Source of the DNA: Octopus bimaculoides
Taxonomy: Eukaryota
NCBI RefSeq assembly: GCF_001194135.2
Contig: NC_068997.1
Span: 3,548,244 to 3,612,243 of the forward strand
Length of the DNA stretch: 64,000 bases
Direction of reading: 5' to 3'
In this document: positions 63,428 through 64,000 of the stretch, piece by piece
How the letters are laid out: each line of letters starts with the position of its first letter
Numbering within the stretch: position 1 is the stretch's first letter
Made by a program: the position numbers and the translations under genes
The notes under the pieces: model-generated
The model's database searches: none
Told to the model about the DNA's origin: nothing
What the model saw: only the letters and a program-made list of their open reading frames with translations

Positions 63428-63429
<2 letters not shown>

Positions 63430-64000
63430 ATTGTATCAATCAATCAATCAATCTTTATATATAACAATCAAAGTATGTAGTATTATAGATCCATTTCAGC
63501 TGAGCTTATGCATCGGTTTCGCATAGAATATTAACTCCTGCGACGATTACTCAAAATTGCTTCAGTCAGACCTGAGAGGAACTGCGGCCGTACCTGCATA
63601 TTTCTGCATGTTTTACTGCAAGTTCGGATCCTTTGGTGTTATCTCTGTCTCTTATACGACGGCTTCTGCGTTGCAGTGCCCGCTAAGGGGACATGTTATT
63701 TTTGCATAAGCATCCTGTTTCTATGCCAGGTGGATATCTGTCTCGTTTATTGCCAACCCCGTTACAGCACGCGCACACCGACATATACACACTCACGCAC
63801 ACACATACCTATATTAAAGAGTTTAAAGAAGAAATATGATATACGGTACAATCGACTGTTATTTCTAGTTCATGAAGCGATCAAGGAAAATCTTTTTCAA
63901 TTGTTGATGCATGTTGATGAATGTGTCTAAGCATGTAAAGGAATATACGTTGGTGTATATAGGAGTATATATATATATACATGCATATATATATATATAT

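Noticed and set aside
63910-63930. HVDECV as a further cbEGF exon
   Set aside because: Preceded by GC rather than an AG acceptor, and a stop follows two codons after the cysteine.
58000-64000. Transmembrane or terminal exon of the mucin gene
   Set aside because: Checked candidate acceptors (e.g. near 62270, 63490, 63525); phase-1 frames stop early or lack any domain pattern. The gene probably continues beyond the window.

Overview
Eukaryotic genomic DNA with many N gaps, very dense (CA)n/(TA)n/(GATA)n/(TAA)n microsatellites and many tRNA-derived SINEs. The repeat landscape looks like an octopus genome (inference, not proven). The whole window lies inside one large + strand gene that is open at both ends. 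I could thread 24 GT-AG exons with consistent phases: a >5.4 kb Thr/Pro-rich mucin exon, then NIDO, AMOP, VWD (with a GDPH motif), a cadherin/Ig-like linker and at least 15 EGF-type modules. This is a MUC4-like NIDO-AMOP-VWD-EGF mucin. Exons 2-24 sum to 4104 nt (1368 codons) with no internal stop. No start codon, transmembrane exon or stop codon is in the window. Introns contain at least four SINE families, a Dong/R4-like LINE 3' end inside a TAA tract, an RTE fragment, Tc1/mariner remnants, hAT- and Tigger-like MITEs, a probable Helitron-like element, several fold-back structures and local duplications. Almost all other ORFs in the track are microsatellite, gap or antisense-shadow artefacts.
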